Shown here one piece after another: positions 51,956 through 64,000 of a stretch of 64,000 bases of DNA. The position numbers were made by a program, and so were the translations under genes. Numbering within the stretch: the stretch's first letter is position 1; each line of letters starts with the position of its first letter. This stretch comes from Octopus vulgaris. Taxonomy: Eukaryota. The notes beneath the pieces are model-generated. The model worked only from the letters and a program-made list of their open reading frames with translations. It was not told the origin of the DNA and did no database searches. The stretch is taken from NCBI GenBank assembly GCA_951406725.2, contig OX597831.1, positions 48,732,001-48,796,000 of the forward strand, given 5' to 3'.

Positions 51956-52681
51956 CAAATAATACTTATAGCTTTGCTGTAAGTATTATTTGACCCATAC
52001 TAGCTGAAAAATTTGGATGTTAAAACAAAAAAATAAAAAAACAACAAAAAGCGCATAAATTTAGGGAGCAGATATACAATAAGGTAAAATTAATTAATTC
52101 CATTAATGCTTGTACTTATAATCACTATTTCCCTATTTTAACATCATAACCATTCGAAGATTACTGCGTAAAGCAATTAAACATAAGATGGATTTTTGAT
52201 TAATTTCATTCAACAGTTTCTTTTATGTTTTTTATTGCTGCGTCAATATTTTTTTCTTTTTTCTTTTGATAAATTAGTTAGGTTTTTGTTTTTTTTTTTT
52301 TTGTCACTTAATTGCTATGAAAAAATTTTTGTTTTTTTTAAATGAATACTTCTGTAACTGATTCTTATTATTGTTCACGTGTTTGAAATTTCAAGTTAAT
52401 AAGGGAAATTGTGGATGATTAACTTTTAACAAATGTTTTAAATGGACAATAGCGATGAAAAGTGTAATTTTACAAAGTGTTTTTTAAAAGGTGATAACAC
52501 TAAAAGACGTCACCATCCACTTCATTTATAATACCATTACAAGCCATTTTAGGTTAAGTAATTTTCTGCTGCAGTAATTTAAAAATTAACATAATGAAGA
52601 CTGTGTTGTTGAAGATGCAAAGTGTTTGCTGTCATTATTAAAGAAACGATTATTATTATTATTGCTAGTAGTAGTAGTAGC

Positions 52682-52724
<43 letters not shown>

Positions 52725-52727
52725 TTG

Positions 52728-53230
52728 AATGAGAGAGCAGTTCATGCCATAAAAGTGACACTGGGGTAAAATATACAAAGCCCTGTATACTTATCATGAC
52801 TACCCGTCTGATAAGGGTACATTAGGCATATGCATCACAACCATATGTGTGCGACATGGTGATCTCATATCAGGATAAATAGTGCATGGCTTTGCTGGTG
52901 GGACCCAGTTAGTATTTTCTTCGGGTAGAGCAGCCCATCCCATTCAAAAGGTCCCTGAATAAGGGTTGTTTAAGGATGTTGAACAAAATATACATGTTTC
53001 CAAAGGGGAATTCTCTAAATCCCAAAGAATTCCTCTCAACACATGGCTATGATGCTCCCCCACTACTTCTGCTCGTGATCAGAGATGTACATATCGTCAG
53101 CCACCAAGGGACATGCTCAACTGGTTAAGGTCAAACAACTGACAAGCAAATCTGTAGTATTGAGCAGAATATTTACTGTAACCCATCTTTTATACTAAGC
53201 CAAAACAATGTACATGATAACACTTCCAAT
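52728..53230. other. Probable interspersed repeat abutting a (GTA)n tract
   Basis: Higher-complexity block next to a triplet tail; resembles an Octopus repeat from memory; only one copy in this window. Confidence 0.4.
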
Positions 53231-53923
53231 GCCCCTGGATAATGCACCCCCACCCGCCCATTCTGCAGCCATTCTTCTTCGGTGTAGGAATACCTGGATT
53301 TATAAATGTAGAAACTATTATTGACATTAATTTTGGAGAATTGAAAGTTAACCTATTTGTAGCAGGAATATTCTGCAATCACCTGTTGTTGTGATTTGTT
53401 AGAATATTACTCATGTGATCAACAAAATCTGACCAATTACAACTTTGCATGGAATAGGCTCCAGTGATGATTTCATTTTTTGGTGCACTTCTTTCAGAGC
53501 CTATCAATCAGTATAAATTCAGCACTCCATGACTGCTTGACAGGGTGCTTTGTGATGCAGTACAGAGAGAGAGAAAGCATTGAGAGATGGCTTTGTTTTT
53601 AATATGTGAAAAGGCAAGGAGGAGACATCAGACCAGACACAGGAGACAATACTTGAGCAGCAGCTGACAACACTGGCATCATCAAGCCAATGAACATCCA
53701 GTGACTGCAACACAATGACCAGCAGCCAACTTTTTGACAACTGCTTCAACCACATCAATCCACGAACAATGTTTTGTCATTCATAGTAATGACAATAGTT
53801 GCTTTCTGTTTACAGGAAGAAAAAAATATTTTGTTTGTTAAAATCCAAATAGACTTAAGTGTTCTTTTTTGTAACACTGGTGACATGAAGGCAAAAAAAT
53901 AGCAGCCAGTACTAGTATGTACT

Positions 53924-54197
53924 TGTTGTGTAAGAGTATGATACCTCCTGGCGATAATGTACTGGACCACTACATATAAATAGTAACGGTCTGAGCAAGT
54001 CAGGGAGTTCATGCTAGCTCCACAGTTTGTGTGTTGGTTGTTCAAAGTTAGAGTTCGAAGTTGAGGTTCGAGTTAGCATATTGGATTATTGGTTCTTAAA
54101 TGATTGTTGTTATGTTCTGTGTGGTTACTACCATTTGTTTCAATTATATTGTTATTACACTGTTGTAGTGTATTCGTTTATCCATAATGATATAATA
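53924..54197 (+). repeat. 5' LTR (274 bp), followed by a decayed PBS
   Basis: 54061-54197 is collinear with 57881-58017; the next bases tggcaataaggat resemble TGGCGACGAGGAT (tRNA-Ser primer) after CpG decay. Confidence 0.9.
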
Positions 54198-54252
54198 TCT
54201 GGCAATAAGGATCGTTCAAAATTCACATTGGTTATTTGACAATTGCTGCATC

Positions 54253-57200
54253 ATGGAAAACCTATTAGCTGCAGTAGTACAGCTTCAAGAGAAGCAACAG
54301 GAACAAATATAGGAGTTGCAAAAACAAAAACTACTACAACAATAATTAATTGAGTTACCGACAGCAAAGTCTGAAAATCCAGTAAGCTTGTTTATGCCAG
54401 GCAACATGGCTAATACAATTTCTGATTTTATGTATAATCCAGAAGAAGGTATTACGTTTCCCACATATTAAAGAAGATACGAAGAAATCTTTAACAAATG
54501 CAAGTCATGGTCGGAGGAGCAGAAAGTAAGTCTTTTACTACACAAGGTAGCTCCTGCTGAACATGAGCATTACTGTAACTTTATTCTGTCCAAAAAGTCG
54601 AGTGAGACTGGTTTCCAAGAAATCATGGAACTGCTTTCAAAAATTTTTCATGAGAAAAGTTCATCATTCAACACCAGAATGGAGTGTTGGAACTTAACAA
54701 AAAAATGAGGGGAAGTATTTTATCACCTAAAATTCGAATGTGTCATCCTGGGAAGCAAAATCAAAAAAAAAAGGTTATGGAGGCCTACACTATAAAAAGG
54801 AGTGTCAATTTAAAAACAGAAAGTGCTATAGTTGTCAGGAGTTGGGACACAGGAGTTTTCATTGTAAAACAAGACTACAAGGCTCAAACACAAAATTCTA
54901 AAGTGTTTTCAGAGAGTGATGGCAACGGAAAAACAAGAAAATTCATGCACGTAAAAATAAATGATGTGAATACCAAATTACAGTTAGTGACATCTTTATT
55001 ATAAGTGTGGATACTTAGAAGAAAACTGGTAAACCGAGATTATGCAAAACAGCAAAAATAGTAAAACATGTATCAACATTTCGAGGAGAGACACATAAAG
55101 CAAAATTATTCATCATGGAAATTACAATCAATCTGTTTGGCACAGATTGATTAGAACTATTCGATTTATGGCACCTCCCCATAAATCTTTACTGCAATAA
55201 CATAAATAGTTGTCCCATTAAAAACAAATTCTTCAGAAGAACTGAAGAAAAAATTGAGAAAAATGTTCCCACAAGTGTTATCAGAGGTTTTAGGTCTATG
55301 TAGAAAGATGGAAGCTTGTTTCCAAGTAAGTGCAAATGCTGTACCTGCATTTAAAGCAAACAGAAAAGTAACATTCGTGGCAAGTGAAACTGTAAGTGAA
55401 AAGTTGGACAGACTTGAAGAAAGCTGGATTACTCAAAGAGGGCAGTACCTACAGTATGTATTAAAAAAAAAAATAATATGATTAGGCTTTGTGCCGATTT
55501 CTCTACAGGATTGAATGACTGCTTAATAACATACCACCATCCACTCCCGATTGCAGAGGACATTTTTGCAAAGTTAAACGGTGGAAAATTTTTTTCCAAA
55601 TTAGATCTATCTGAGGCCTATTTATAGTAAAAGTAAATGAAAAATGCTCAAAGTATTTGACAATAAATACACATAGAGGATTGTACAGATACACACAATT
55701 ACCAGCAATATTCCAGCAAATCATGGATACTGTGTTATGTGATTGTGAATTTGCAATCCCATACTTGGATGATATTTTAATCAAGAGTAATTCTCGTGAA
55801 CAGCATGTGGAGCACATAAAAGCTGTGTTTAAGAAAATTAAGATTTTCGAGTACTTAGGGCAAATAATTGATAAAAGTGGTAGATGTCCTGACCCGTCGA
55901 GGGCAGATGCAATAAGGAATATGCCTGCACTGACAAATATTCCAAATTTACAAGCATTTCTTGGCCTGGTAAACTACAACTGAAACTACATTCCTAATAT
56001 GCACAAGTTAAGAGCTCCAGTGAATGACTTATTAAAAAAAGGAGTAAAGTGGAATTGCTTCACTAAATGGCAGAACACTTTTGAAGAAATGAAAAAAATT
56101 TTAATCTCAGATTTACCATTAGCACATTACGATCTCGAAATGGACATCATTGTAGTGTCTGATGCTTCTGAGCATGGATTAGGTGCAGTTCCTCATCATG
56201 ATCATCATCTGCTTTCCATGCTAGCATGGGTTGGACGATTTGACTGAGAACTGGCGAACCAGATGGCTGCACCAGGCTCCAATCTTGATCTGGCAGAGTT
56301 TCTACAGCTGGATACCCTTCCTAACTCCAACCACTCTGAGAGTGTAGTGGGTGCTTTTACATGCCACCAGCACAGGGGTCAGTCAGGCGGTACTGGCAAC
56401 GACCTCACTCAAATGACTTTTTCACGTGTATGTATATAAATTTTTTAAAGCTTCTTTTATTTTTGTAATATACTCATCACCTGCAGCTTTCATCCTTATA
56501 TCCTGTGCCATCACTGGTAGTTCTTGGATAACGTTTGGATACTTCATAAATACAAAGACGGAAGTACAAAACCAATGGTTTATGTTTCATGCTCACTAAT
56601 TGTGGTAGAGAAGAGATATAGTCAAATTGAAAAGGAGGCCCTAACAATTATTTTTGCAGTTAAAAACTTTCACAGATTTCTGCATAGTAGACCATAGACC
56701 TTTGCAGTCAATTTATGAGTATAAAAAGAGTTACCGACTCATAATGCGACCCGCTTGCAATGTTGGGGTGTAATGTTACTAAATTATAATTTCAAAATGC
56801 AATACATTCCATCGCAAAAATCAGTCATGCAGACTGCCTTTCGAGATTAATTCCAAAATATATGGAACCACTTGAAGAGACTGAGGCAGAAAGTGAAATT
56901 AAAAGTGTTATGACAAACGTTATCCAAGAACTACCAGTGACGGCACAGGATATAAGGATGAAAGGATATAAAGATGAAAGGATATAAGGATAGCAGGTGA
57001 TGAGTATATTACAAAAATAAAAGAAGCTTTCAAAAATAAACAATAAAAATTCTGATGCCAGTAGTTTTTCAATTTGCAGCAATATTCTGATGTATGTCCA
57101 AAGAGTGGTGGTTCCAATTACATTACAAAAAGGTGCATTGCAACAATTTCACAGCAGACATCCAGGAATGACAAGGATGAAGGCTCTGATGAGGAGTTAT

Positions 57201-57880
57201 GTCTATTGGCCATCTATGGACTGAGATATCAAAAACTCATAGCCAAAGCCCTGCCGGTAAAATATCAATCATGGCAGAGACAGAGAACCCATGGCCTAGG
57301 TTATATATTGACTATGCCAGATTGGTAAATGGCGCTTACTACCTAATCATAGTAGATAGCTGTAGTAAGTGTCCAAAGGTCTGCAGGTGCTATAAACCAA
57401 CCTCTAAGACAGCTATAAAGTTCTTACATGACTTGTTTGCTTCATATGGGGTCCCTGGCACACTTGTTTAAGACAACGGGACACGGTTCTCTGGGTATGA
57501 ATTCAAGAACTTCTGTGAAAGGCATGCAATAAAGCATAGTTTCACTCCACCCTACCACCTGAGGTCAAATGGGCAGGTAGAAAGATTTGTGGACACTTTT
57601 AAGAGAGTGTTAAGAAAAGCAAGGGAGGAATTAAGAAATGATGAAGCACTGACAAATTTCTTAAGAATATACAGAGTGACCCCCAATCCAAATACAAATT
57701 CAGGGAATTCTCCCACAGAATTTATGTTTGCAAGAAAAATAAAATCCAGAGAAAGAAAAATAGGTGTAAAGGAAATACAAAAGAGCCAATGAAATACGTC
57801 AAGATAAGTGATAAAGTGCATTTCAATACCTATAGAAATGGTAAAGAAGGCTGGAAAGATAGCCTTGTTACCAGAAAAAT
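54253..57880 (+). pseudogene. gag-pol pseudogene
   Basis: MENLLAAV..FMYNPEEGITF (gag); YLDD at 55762-55773 (RT); SDASEHGLGAV and YSQIEKEAL (RNase H); HPGMTRMK, IIVDS, DNG, SNGQVER (integrase); many stops and frameshifts. Confidence 0.93.
56191..56430 (-). mobile_element. RTE-type 3' tail element inserted in the RNase H domain
   Basis: Interrupts LGAV|ILHKYKDG; similar to 6949-7250. Confidence 0.88.
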
Positions 57881-58017
57881 TGGAAGTTCAAGTTAGTATG
57901 TTGGATTGTTGGTTCTTAAAAGATCGTTGTTATATTCCATGAGGTTACTGTTATTTGTTTCGATCATATTGTTATTAAACTGTTTCAGTGTATTCGTTTA
58001 TCCATAAGGATATAACA
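57881..58017 (+). repeat. 3' LTR, 5'-truncated
   Basis: 137 bp with 22 mismatches (hand count) to the 5' LTR and no indels. Confidence 0.9.
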
Positions 58018-58444
58018 GTACTCAAGCTCTGTTCCAAGTTGACTGACAATTTCAATGTTTACACTTAGCCGAATTTCCAATACAACAGGAATTGAGAAAC
58101 CTCCTTGTTAAACCCCACACAGACTAAAAATAAATCAAGTCAGTTAAAAATGTTTAAATAGATTGTCAGAACAGAATTGAGATGTTTACAAATGTCTGCT
58201 TGTTGGCAGAGAGCAGATACTTCCAGGGAGGAAAGAGAAAAGTATAGATCATTTACAACTGACAGAGGTGGAGCAAATTCTAGAATGTTCTCGTGAAGAG
58301 TAATAGGAAGTCGACCAAACATATCCAGAGGATGACTTGAAGTTAATTGAAAGCGAAAGATTTCAAGTGGAGAATAATAGCAATATCTTACAAATGAGCG
58401 GATGTGAGTCTCTGTCAGCTCATAGTAGCAGAGAACTAATATTG

Positions 58445-58660
58445 ATTTCAAAATTTGGCATAAGGCCAGCAAATTGGAAGTAGGGGTTAAGTGGAGTAAA
58501 TCAATTCCAGTGCTCAGCTGATACCTAATTTATCGACCCCCAAACGAATGAAAGGCAGAATCGGCCTTGGCAGATTTTGAACTCAAAATGAAAAGACAAA
58601 TGAAATGCCACTAAGCCTTTTGTCCAATGTGCTAACAATCTTGCCAGCTTGCCACCTTGC
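58445..58660 (-). mobile_element. SINE family B (tail type 2), degenerate
   Basis: aatttatcgacccc..gaatgaaaggca..gccagcttgccacc. Confidence 0.75.
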
Positions 58661-58861
58661 AGTGAAGTGATATTGGTATCAGACTGACAGATTGCCAAAT
58701 CGAAATAATATTCTTGATTTTTAGATGTTTCTGTCTTATAGTTTTCAGTCAATATTTTTGTGTTTTAGATATGTGTGTTTTTATGTTCTAGAAAGAAGAA
58801 TTCTAGTACAAACACTAGTTATCTCCCCATACTGAGAGCTGGTAGAATTAATGTGAGTAGG

Positions 58862-59300
58862 TACAGGCATGGCTATGTGGTTAAGAAATTTACTCTCCAG
58901 CCACATGGTTTTGGGTTCAGTCCCATTGCATGACATCTTGAGCAAGTGTCTTCTACTATAGCTTCAGGCCCTAAGTCAACTAAAACCTTGTGAATGAATC
59001 TGGTAAAGGAAAAATGTGTGTGTGTGTATGTGTGTGTGTGTGTGAGTGTGTGTGTGTGTGTGTTCTTGTTCTCAAATCATGTGATAGCTGTAAATGAGTG
59101 TCACTGTCATACAAGCAGCATCATTCATTTCTAATATTCTGTGAGAACTTCTCTCTAGCCATGGGAAAAAACTACCATGCTCACCAACAGGCAAGGATTG
59201 GCAGCAGGAACAGCATCTGACCATAGAAAATCTGCCTCAATAAACTCCATCCAACCCATGCAAGTGTGGAAAAGTAGACATAAATGAAGATGATGATGAT
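58862..59300 (+). mobile_element. SINE with family A head and RTE-like 3' tail
   Basis: Head plus (TG)n plus tgtaaatgagtgtcactgtcatacaagc...ggaaaagtagacataaatgaagatgat; second copy at 63105-63560. Confidence 0.8.
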
Positions 59301-59749
59301 ATAGCACTAGAATTTCAGCTAAATATATCAATCTTGGGTGAATCCTCCTTGGAAAATCACATTATTCTATTAAACTAACCATAAAACAGTTCTATTTCAT
59401 GGTTGACTGATTTGTATTTAGAGAATTCACCAACTGTGAAATGATTTCTCTAAAAGTGCTTTTTTTTAACTAATGCAGCCATGGGAGAAATTGATGCCAT
59501 TCTAAAAGCAAATGTCAAGATGGCAAACAAGTACAAAAACCTACAAAACATCATACCAGTTAATTAGTTCAAAAGAGAGAGGATTTTTCGCTTTTGCTAA
59601 GACTAATGTACACATTGTCAAGTGGATATGTTCATTGTTGCTGTCGTTCTCACCATAGTCACAATCAATATCAACGTCACTGCCATTCCTTTCATTGCTG
59701 TTGTTCTTTAGCTTTATAGTATAAGAGGAAGCTGGTCTGGAGTTGGTAT

Positions 59750-60200
59750 TGAAGCTCTGTGCCAGTGACACCTAAAAAGCGCCCAGCACACTCTGTTAAG
59801 TGGTTGGTATTAGGAAGGGCATCTAGTGGTAGAAACCATACCCATTTCTTTACTACCCACAAGGGGCTAAACACAGAGGGGACAAACAAGGACAGACAAA
59901 CGGATTAAATTGATTATATCGACCCCAGTGTGTAACTGGTACTTAATTTATCAACCCCAAAAGGATGAAAGGCAAAGTCGAATTTGAACTCAGAATGTAA
60001 CGGCAGACGAAATACTGCTATGCATTTCGCCCGGCGTGCTAACGTTTCTGCCAGCTCGCCGCTCCACAAAGACAGTTGGAGTCTGGAAAGCTCTCTGCTA
60101 GCTAGCTCCATGTCAAACTGTCCAACCCATGTCAGCATGGAAGAGGATACTAAACGATGATGATGATGATGACAATGACAAAGACAACGATGACGACGAC
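59750..60200 (+). mobile_element. RTE-type tail element split by a family B SINE (59843-60062, minus strand)
   Basis: taggaagggcatctag...|SINE|...tccaacccatg..taaacgatgatgat. Confidence 0.8.
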
Positions 60201-60471
60201 ATACAAGATATTTTTTTTCTTTTAAATCTCAAAAATCACTCCCGGTCCTAATGCAAAGTTGGTCCTATATTACTTGCTTTACTCAGAATACTTGCTGCTA
60301 AAATTGGGTTATATCCTCAGATGCCCGTGCATCTTTTATGCCATCAAATACAGTAAGGAGAATCAGAAAACCTATACAAGATCTCTGACAGTTAGAAATC
60401 TTTATCATGATCTTCTTAACTTTTTAGTGGTGAGATTACTTTGTCAAATGTAATGCTTATCAGTAGTTGTC

Positions 60472-60588
60472 AGTAGTAGTAGTAGTAGTAGTAGTAGTAG
60501 CAGCAGCAGCAGCAGCAGCAGTAGCAGCAGTTGTAACAGCAGCAGCAGTTGTAACAGCAGCAGTAGCAGCAGCAGCAGCAGCAGTTGT

Positions 60589-60653
<65 letters not shown>

Positions 60654-60672
60654 CAGCAGCAGCAGCAGTTGT

Positions 60673-60707
<35 letters not shown>

Positions 60708-60846
60708 TAGTAGTAGTAGTTGTAGCAGCAGCAGCAGTTGTAGCAGCAGCTGCAACAGCAGTAGTAGTAGCAGCAGCAGTTGTAGCAGCAGCAGCAGCAG
60801 TTGTAGCAGCAGCAGCAGCAGCAGCGGTAGTAGTAGTAGTAGTAGC
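60472..60846. repeat. Compound (GTA/GCA/GTT)n triplet array
   Basis: Direct reading; source of the poly-A/V/T/L ORFs. Confidence 0.97.
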
Positions 60847-61243
60847 CATTGTCTTATTGTACCTACAAATCTAACCTTATGTATGCATGAGAAATTGCTA
60901 TTCTCCTCGTCGCTATTGTTGTTGTTATCTGCTCTCTTCCCCTACCCCCCCCCCCACATACACACACATACACTTCTAAGTTTCTGAAACAAGCTTCTTC
61001 TTTGAAAATTGCTTTAAAAAAGCAATCAATATCTTACACCTGATTCTAATTGCACCAAGTGAACAACATTAAGTTTCTCTCTGCTGTATTTGCATTGCAC
61101 TTTTATGCTTTTAAAAATAACTTATTAATTCATAATTATATTTAATCTAAATTAACCTCTCGCAGGTCATTTTATATTTAATTCCATTTCATTTATTGTT
61201 TAATTTTTCTCTTGCCGATATATTAAATAATTCCAACATAACA

Positions 61244-61408
61244 GGCACAGGAGTGGCTGTGTGATAAGTAGCTTGCTTACCAACCACATGGTTCCAGGTT
61301 CAGTCCCACTGCGTGGCACCTTAGTCAAGTGTCGTCTACTATAGCATCAGGCTGACCAAAGCCTTGTGAGTGGATTTGGTAGACGGAAACTGAAAGAAGC
61401 CCATCGTG

Positions 61409-61454
<46 letters not shown>

Positions 61455-61661
61455 TGTGTCTGTGTTTGTCCCCCCAACATCGATTGACAACCGATGCTGG
61501 TGTGTTTACGTCCCCATAACTTAGTGGTTCGGCAAAAGAGACCGAAAGAATAAGTACTAGGTTTACAAAGAATAAGGTCCTGGGGTCGATTTGCTCAACT
61601 AAAAGCGGTGCTCCAGCATGGCCGCAGTCAAATGACTGAAACAAGTAAAAGAGCAAAGAGT
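61244..61661 (+). mobile_element. SINE family A, full-length with TSD
   Basis: ataaca at 61238-61243 and 61662-61667; A and B boxes; internal (TG)n. Confidence 0.94.
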
Positions 61662-61949
61662 ATAACAAAGTGACGGAGTATATAAGTCACTGATGCAGTC
61701 GATCAGTTTTCTGGACTGTTAAATGTTAGAAGTTCATATTTCTTCATTGACAATCTGTGATACACCGGAGCAAGGCATAAACATTATTAGCTCTAATTAC
61801 ATAGCAGTAGAGATCCACAAAGTGGAAGTTACAATAATGATAATGAACTTATTGTATACCGTACCCAGGTGCACAACAACTAATCAGAAAAAGTAATGAA
61901 AACTGCATGAACAGTACATAGAATATGCACAGGAAGTGAACAGTGAATA

Positions 61950-62335
61950 GGCGTAGGAGTGGCTGTGTGATAAGTAGCTTGCTTACCAACCACATGGTTC
62001 CGGGTTCAGTCCCACTGCGTGGCACCTTCAGCAAGTGTCTTCTACTATAGCCTCGGGCCAGCCAAAGCTTTGTGAGTGGATTTGGTAGATGGAAACTGAA
62101 AGAAGCCCGTTGTATATATGTATATGTATATGTGTGTCTGTTTGTCCCTCCAATATCGTCTGACAACCGATGCTGGTGTGTTTACATCCCCATAACTTAG
62201 TGGTTCGGCAAAAGAGACCGATAGAATAAGTACTGGGCTTACAAAGAATAAGTCCTGGGGTCGATGTGCTTGACTAAAGGTGGTGATCCAGCATGGCCAC
62301 AGTCAAATGACTGAAACAATTAAAGAGCAAAGAGT
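61950..62335 (+). mobile_element. SINE family A, full-length
   Basis: Match to the family consensus. Confidence 0.93.
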
Positions 62336-62359
62336 AGGTCTTAAAAAAAAGGTGGAAGA

Positions 62360-62615
62360 AGAAACAGGGGTGGAGCATCAGCTGTACAGGCAGTGGACTT
62401 CAGGAAGCTTGAAAGTTTTGAAGGATGTACTATCTCAACAGCTAACAAGTGATGCAATTAGTTTATTCCATGTTTCAGTAATTATAAGTGTGAAAAAATA
62501 TTTCTGAAAGTCATGGATGCTGTGTTGTTTTTTTGATTTTGCAAGCATGTCTGCAAGTGTAAAAAGGTGGCCCAGGTTGTTGTTGGAAAGATGGTGGACA
62601 ACCTTGTGGGTGTCT
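62360..62615 (-). pseudogene. CR1/L2-group LINE 3' fragment, older copy of the 47240 family
   Basis: The ORF track gives KKQHSIHDFQKYFFTL..TWNKL. Confidence 0.8.
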
Positions 62616-62634
62616 ACCAAGTTAGATGCCAATC

Positions 62635-62856
62635 GTTGGTACCAACCTGGCTAAAACCGCCTCTGGTTCTGTAGTACAAATGTCTTGTTTTCATAAGTAT
62701 CAAATTAAAATCTTCCACCAAACCTTAGTCACAATTTATCTTCCTAACACTAACTGAATGATAACTAAGTTATTTTACGAAATTCTTTGTTATATTTAAA
62801 ATTAATTGAAAGAAACACAGAGCATCTCAAAATAAATACAGTAACAAAAGGGTTAA
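62635..62856. mobile_element. TTAA (piggyBac-type) MITE with intact right end
   Basis: Ends gtaacaaaagggTTAA. Confidence 0.5.
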
Positions 62857-63104
62857 TGTGTCCATGCCCAGGGAAGCATGATGTTCAGGACATGGTAGAT
62901 ACCTGATGGTAGGTATTCATTTGATTTAGTGTGCTAGTAAGTTTTCATTAGAAACACTGTTGTTTTAGCTATTGTCAGTTTTGTTTAACACATGGTAAAC
63001 TCTGACCATGTAGACCTAGAGCCCAAGATAACCAAGATATAAGCACAATATTTTCTTTCATTTTGTTTATATTAAAAGGCATGTCTGTGTAGGCTCAGGT
63101 GTGG

Positions 63105-63269
63105 ATGTGGACATATGACTCTATAGTTAAGAAACTCTCTTCTCAACTACATGGTTCCAGGTTCAATCCTATCACGAGGCAACTTGGTAAACTGTCTTCT
63201 ACTGTAGCCCCTGAGCTGACCAAAGCCTTATGAGTGGATTTTGCAGACGGAAACAGAAAGAATCCCATC

Positions 63270-63320
<51 letters not shown>

Positions 63321-63560
63321 GGTGTCTTCTTGTTTCCACATTGCATAATAGTTGTAAATGAGTGTCACTGTCATACAAGCAGTGTCCTTCATTTCCAATA
63401 TTCTGTAAAAACACGTAGAGCCATGGGGAAATATTACCTTACTAAGAAACAGGTGATGGTTGACAACAGGAAGGGCATCCAGGCATTGAAAAATCAGTCT
63501 CAACAAATTCCATCTGACCCATGCAAGTAAAGAAAAGTGGATGTTAAAATGACGATGAGA
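63105..63560 (+). mobile_element. SINE with family A head and RTE-like 3' tail, copy 2
   Basis: Same body as 58862-59300; ends aaaagtggatgttaaaatgacgatga. Confidence 0.8.
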
Positions 63561-63852
63561 GAGTGTAAGGAGGAGGAGAAGGCTGCGGGGAAAATGGATG
63601 TGAGTGGAGAGAGTAGGAGGATATCAAGAAACTACTATTGTCCAATGTATCAATGGTTACCAATATAGAATATGATATGAGGGAGACTTGATTGCTGTTT
63701 CTAATAGACCAAGCAACAACATGTAGACTTTTTTGTTGCACCATGTTATTATTACTTAATTCCTGGTATATCAGCTACAAATGAGCCAACCTATAATTAA
63801 AGACATTCTAACCAAACCCATCATGGAGTGTCTAGGACCACATTATTTAAAG

Positions 63853-64000
63853 CAGTGGTTCCCAGCCATATTTTGCCTATGGATCTCTTTGATACACCAT
63901 TCAGTGTATATTTTTAAAATCCTACAGTATTTATACGGGGTGGCCCAAAAGTAGGTTTACAGTTATTCAACTATCTCTTTCACATTCATATATTAACAGT
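63853..64000. mobile_element. hAT MITE left end followed by a Tc1/mariner-like end running off the window
   Basis: cagtggttcccagcc preceded by atttaaag; tacggggtggcccaaaagt at about 63934. Confidence 0.45.

Larger units (their letters stand above)
53924..58017 (+). mobile_element. Decayed Ty3/Gypsy (Mag-like) LTR retrotransposon
   Basis: TG...CA ends, 5-bp TSD GTACT (53919-53923, 58018-58022), two LTRs, gag-RT-RNaseH-integrase order. Confidence 0.95.

Noticed and set aside
55657-56247. RT and RNase H ORFs as an active or domesticated gene
   Set aside because: Fragments of a gag-pol with stops, frameshifts, deletions and an insertion
58140-58472. 110-aa minus-strand ORF
   Set aside because: Starts inside a SINE tail and has no recognisable domain or splice signals

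Overview
AT-rich, repeat-saturated eukaryotic non-coding DNA, most likely an intron or intergenic region of a coleoid cephalopod. The SINE, RTE-tail and MITE families match those I recognise from Octopus genomes; this is an inference, not a database result. No intact protein-coding gene is visible, and almost all ORFs in the supplied track are translations of microsatellites or SINEs. The window holds dozens of tRNA-derived SINE copies from several modular families and many RTE-LINE 3' ends. It also holds fossils of an R4/Dong-like RLE retrotransposon, CR1/L2 LINEs, mariner, Tc1/maT and Tigger transposases, hAT, mariner and piggyBac-type MITEs and a Helitron-like element. One decayed Ty3/Gypsy (Mag-like) LTR element keeps clear boundaries (53924-58017, TSD GTACT). 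The most interesting signals are: (i) (TA)n-embedded short elements with minimal hammerhead-ribozyme-like cores of the Penelope type; (ii) a series of fold-back elements, including a perfect 111-bp-arm hairpin with G-quadruplex motifs at 50296-50525; (iii) SINEs that insert into their own family at one fixed site; (iv) several templated inverted or duplicated insertions; and (v) weak candidates for host exons near 34.1-35.1 kb (+) and 46.5-46.7 kb (-). Boundaries of decayed repeats are approximate.
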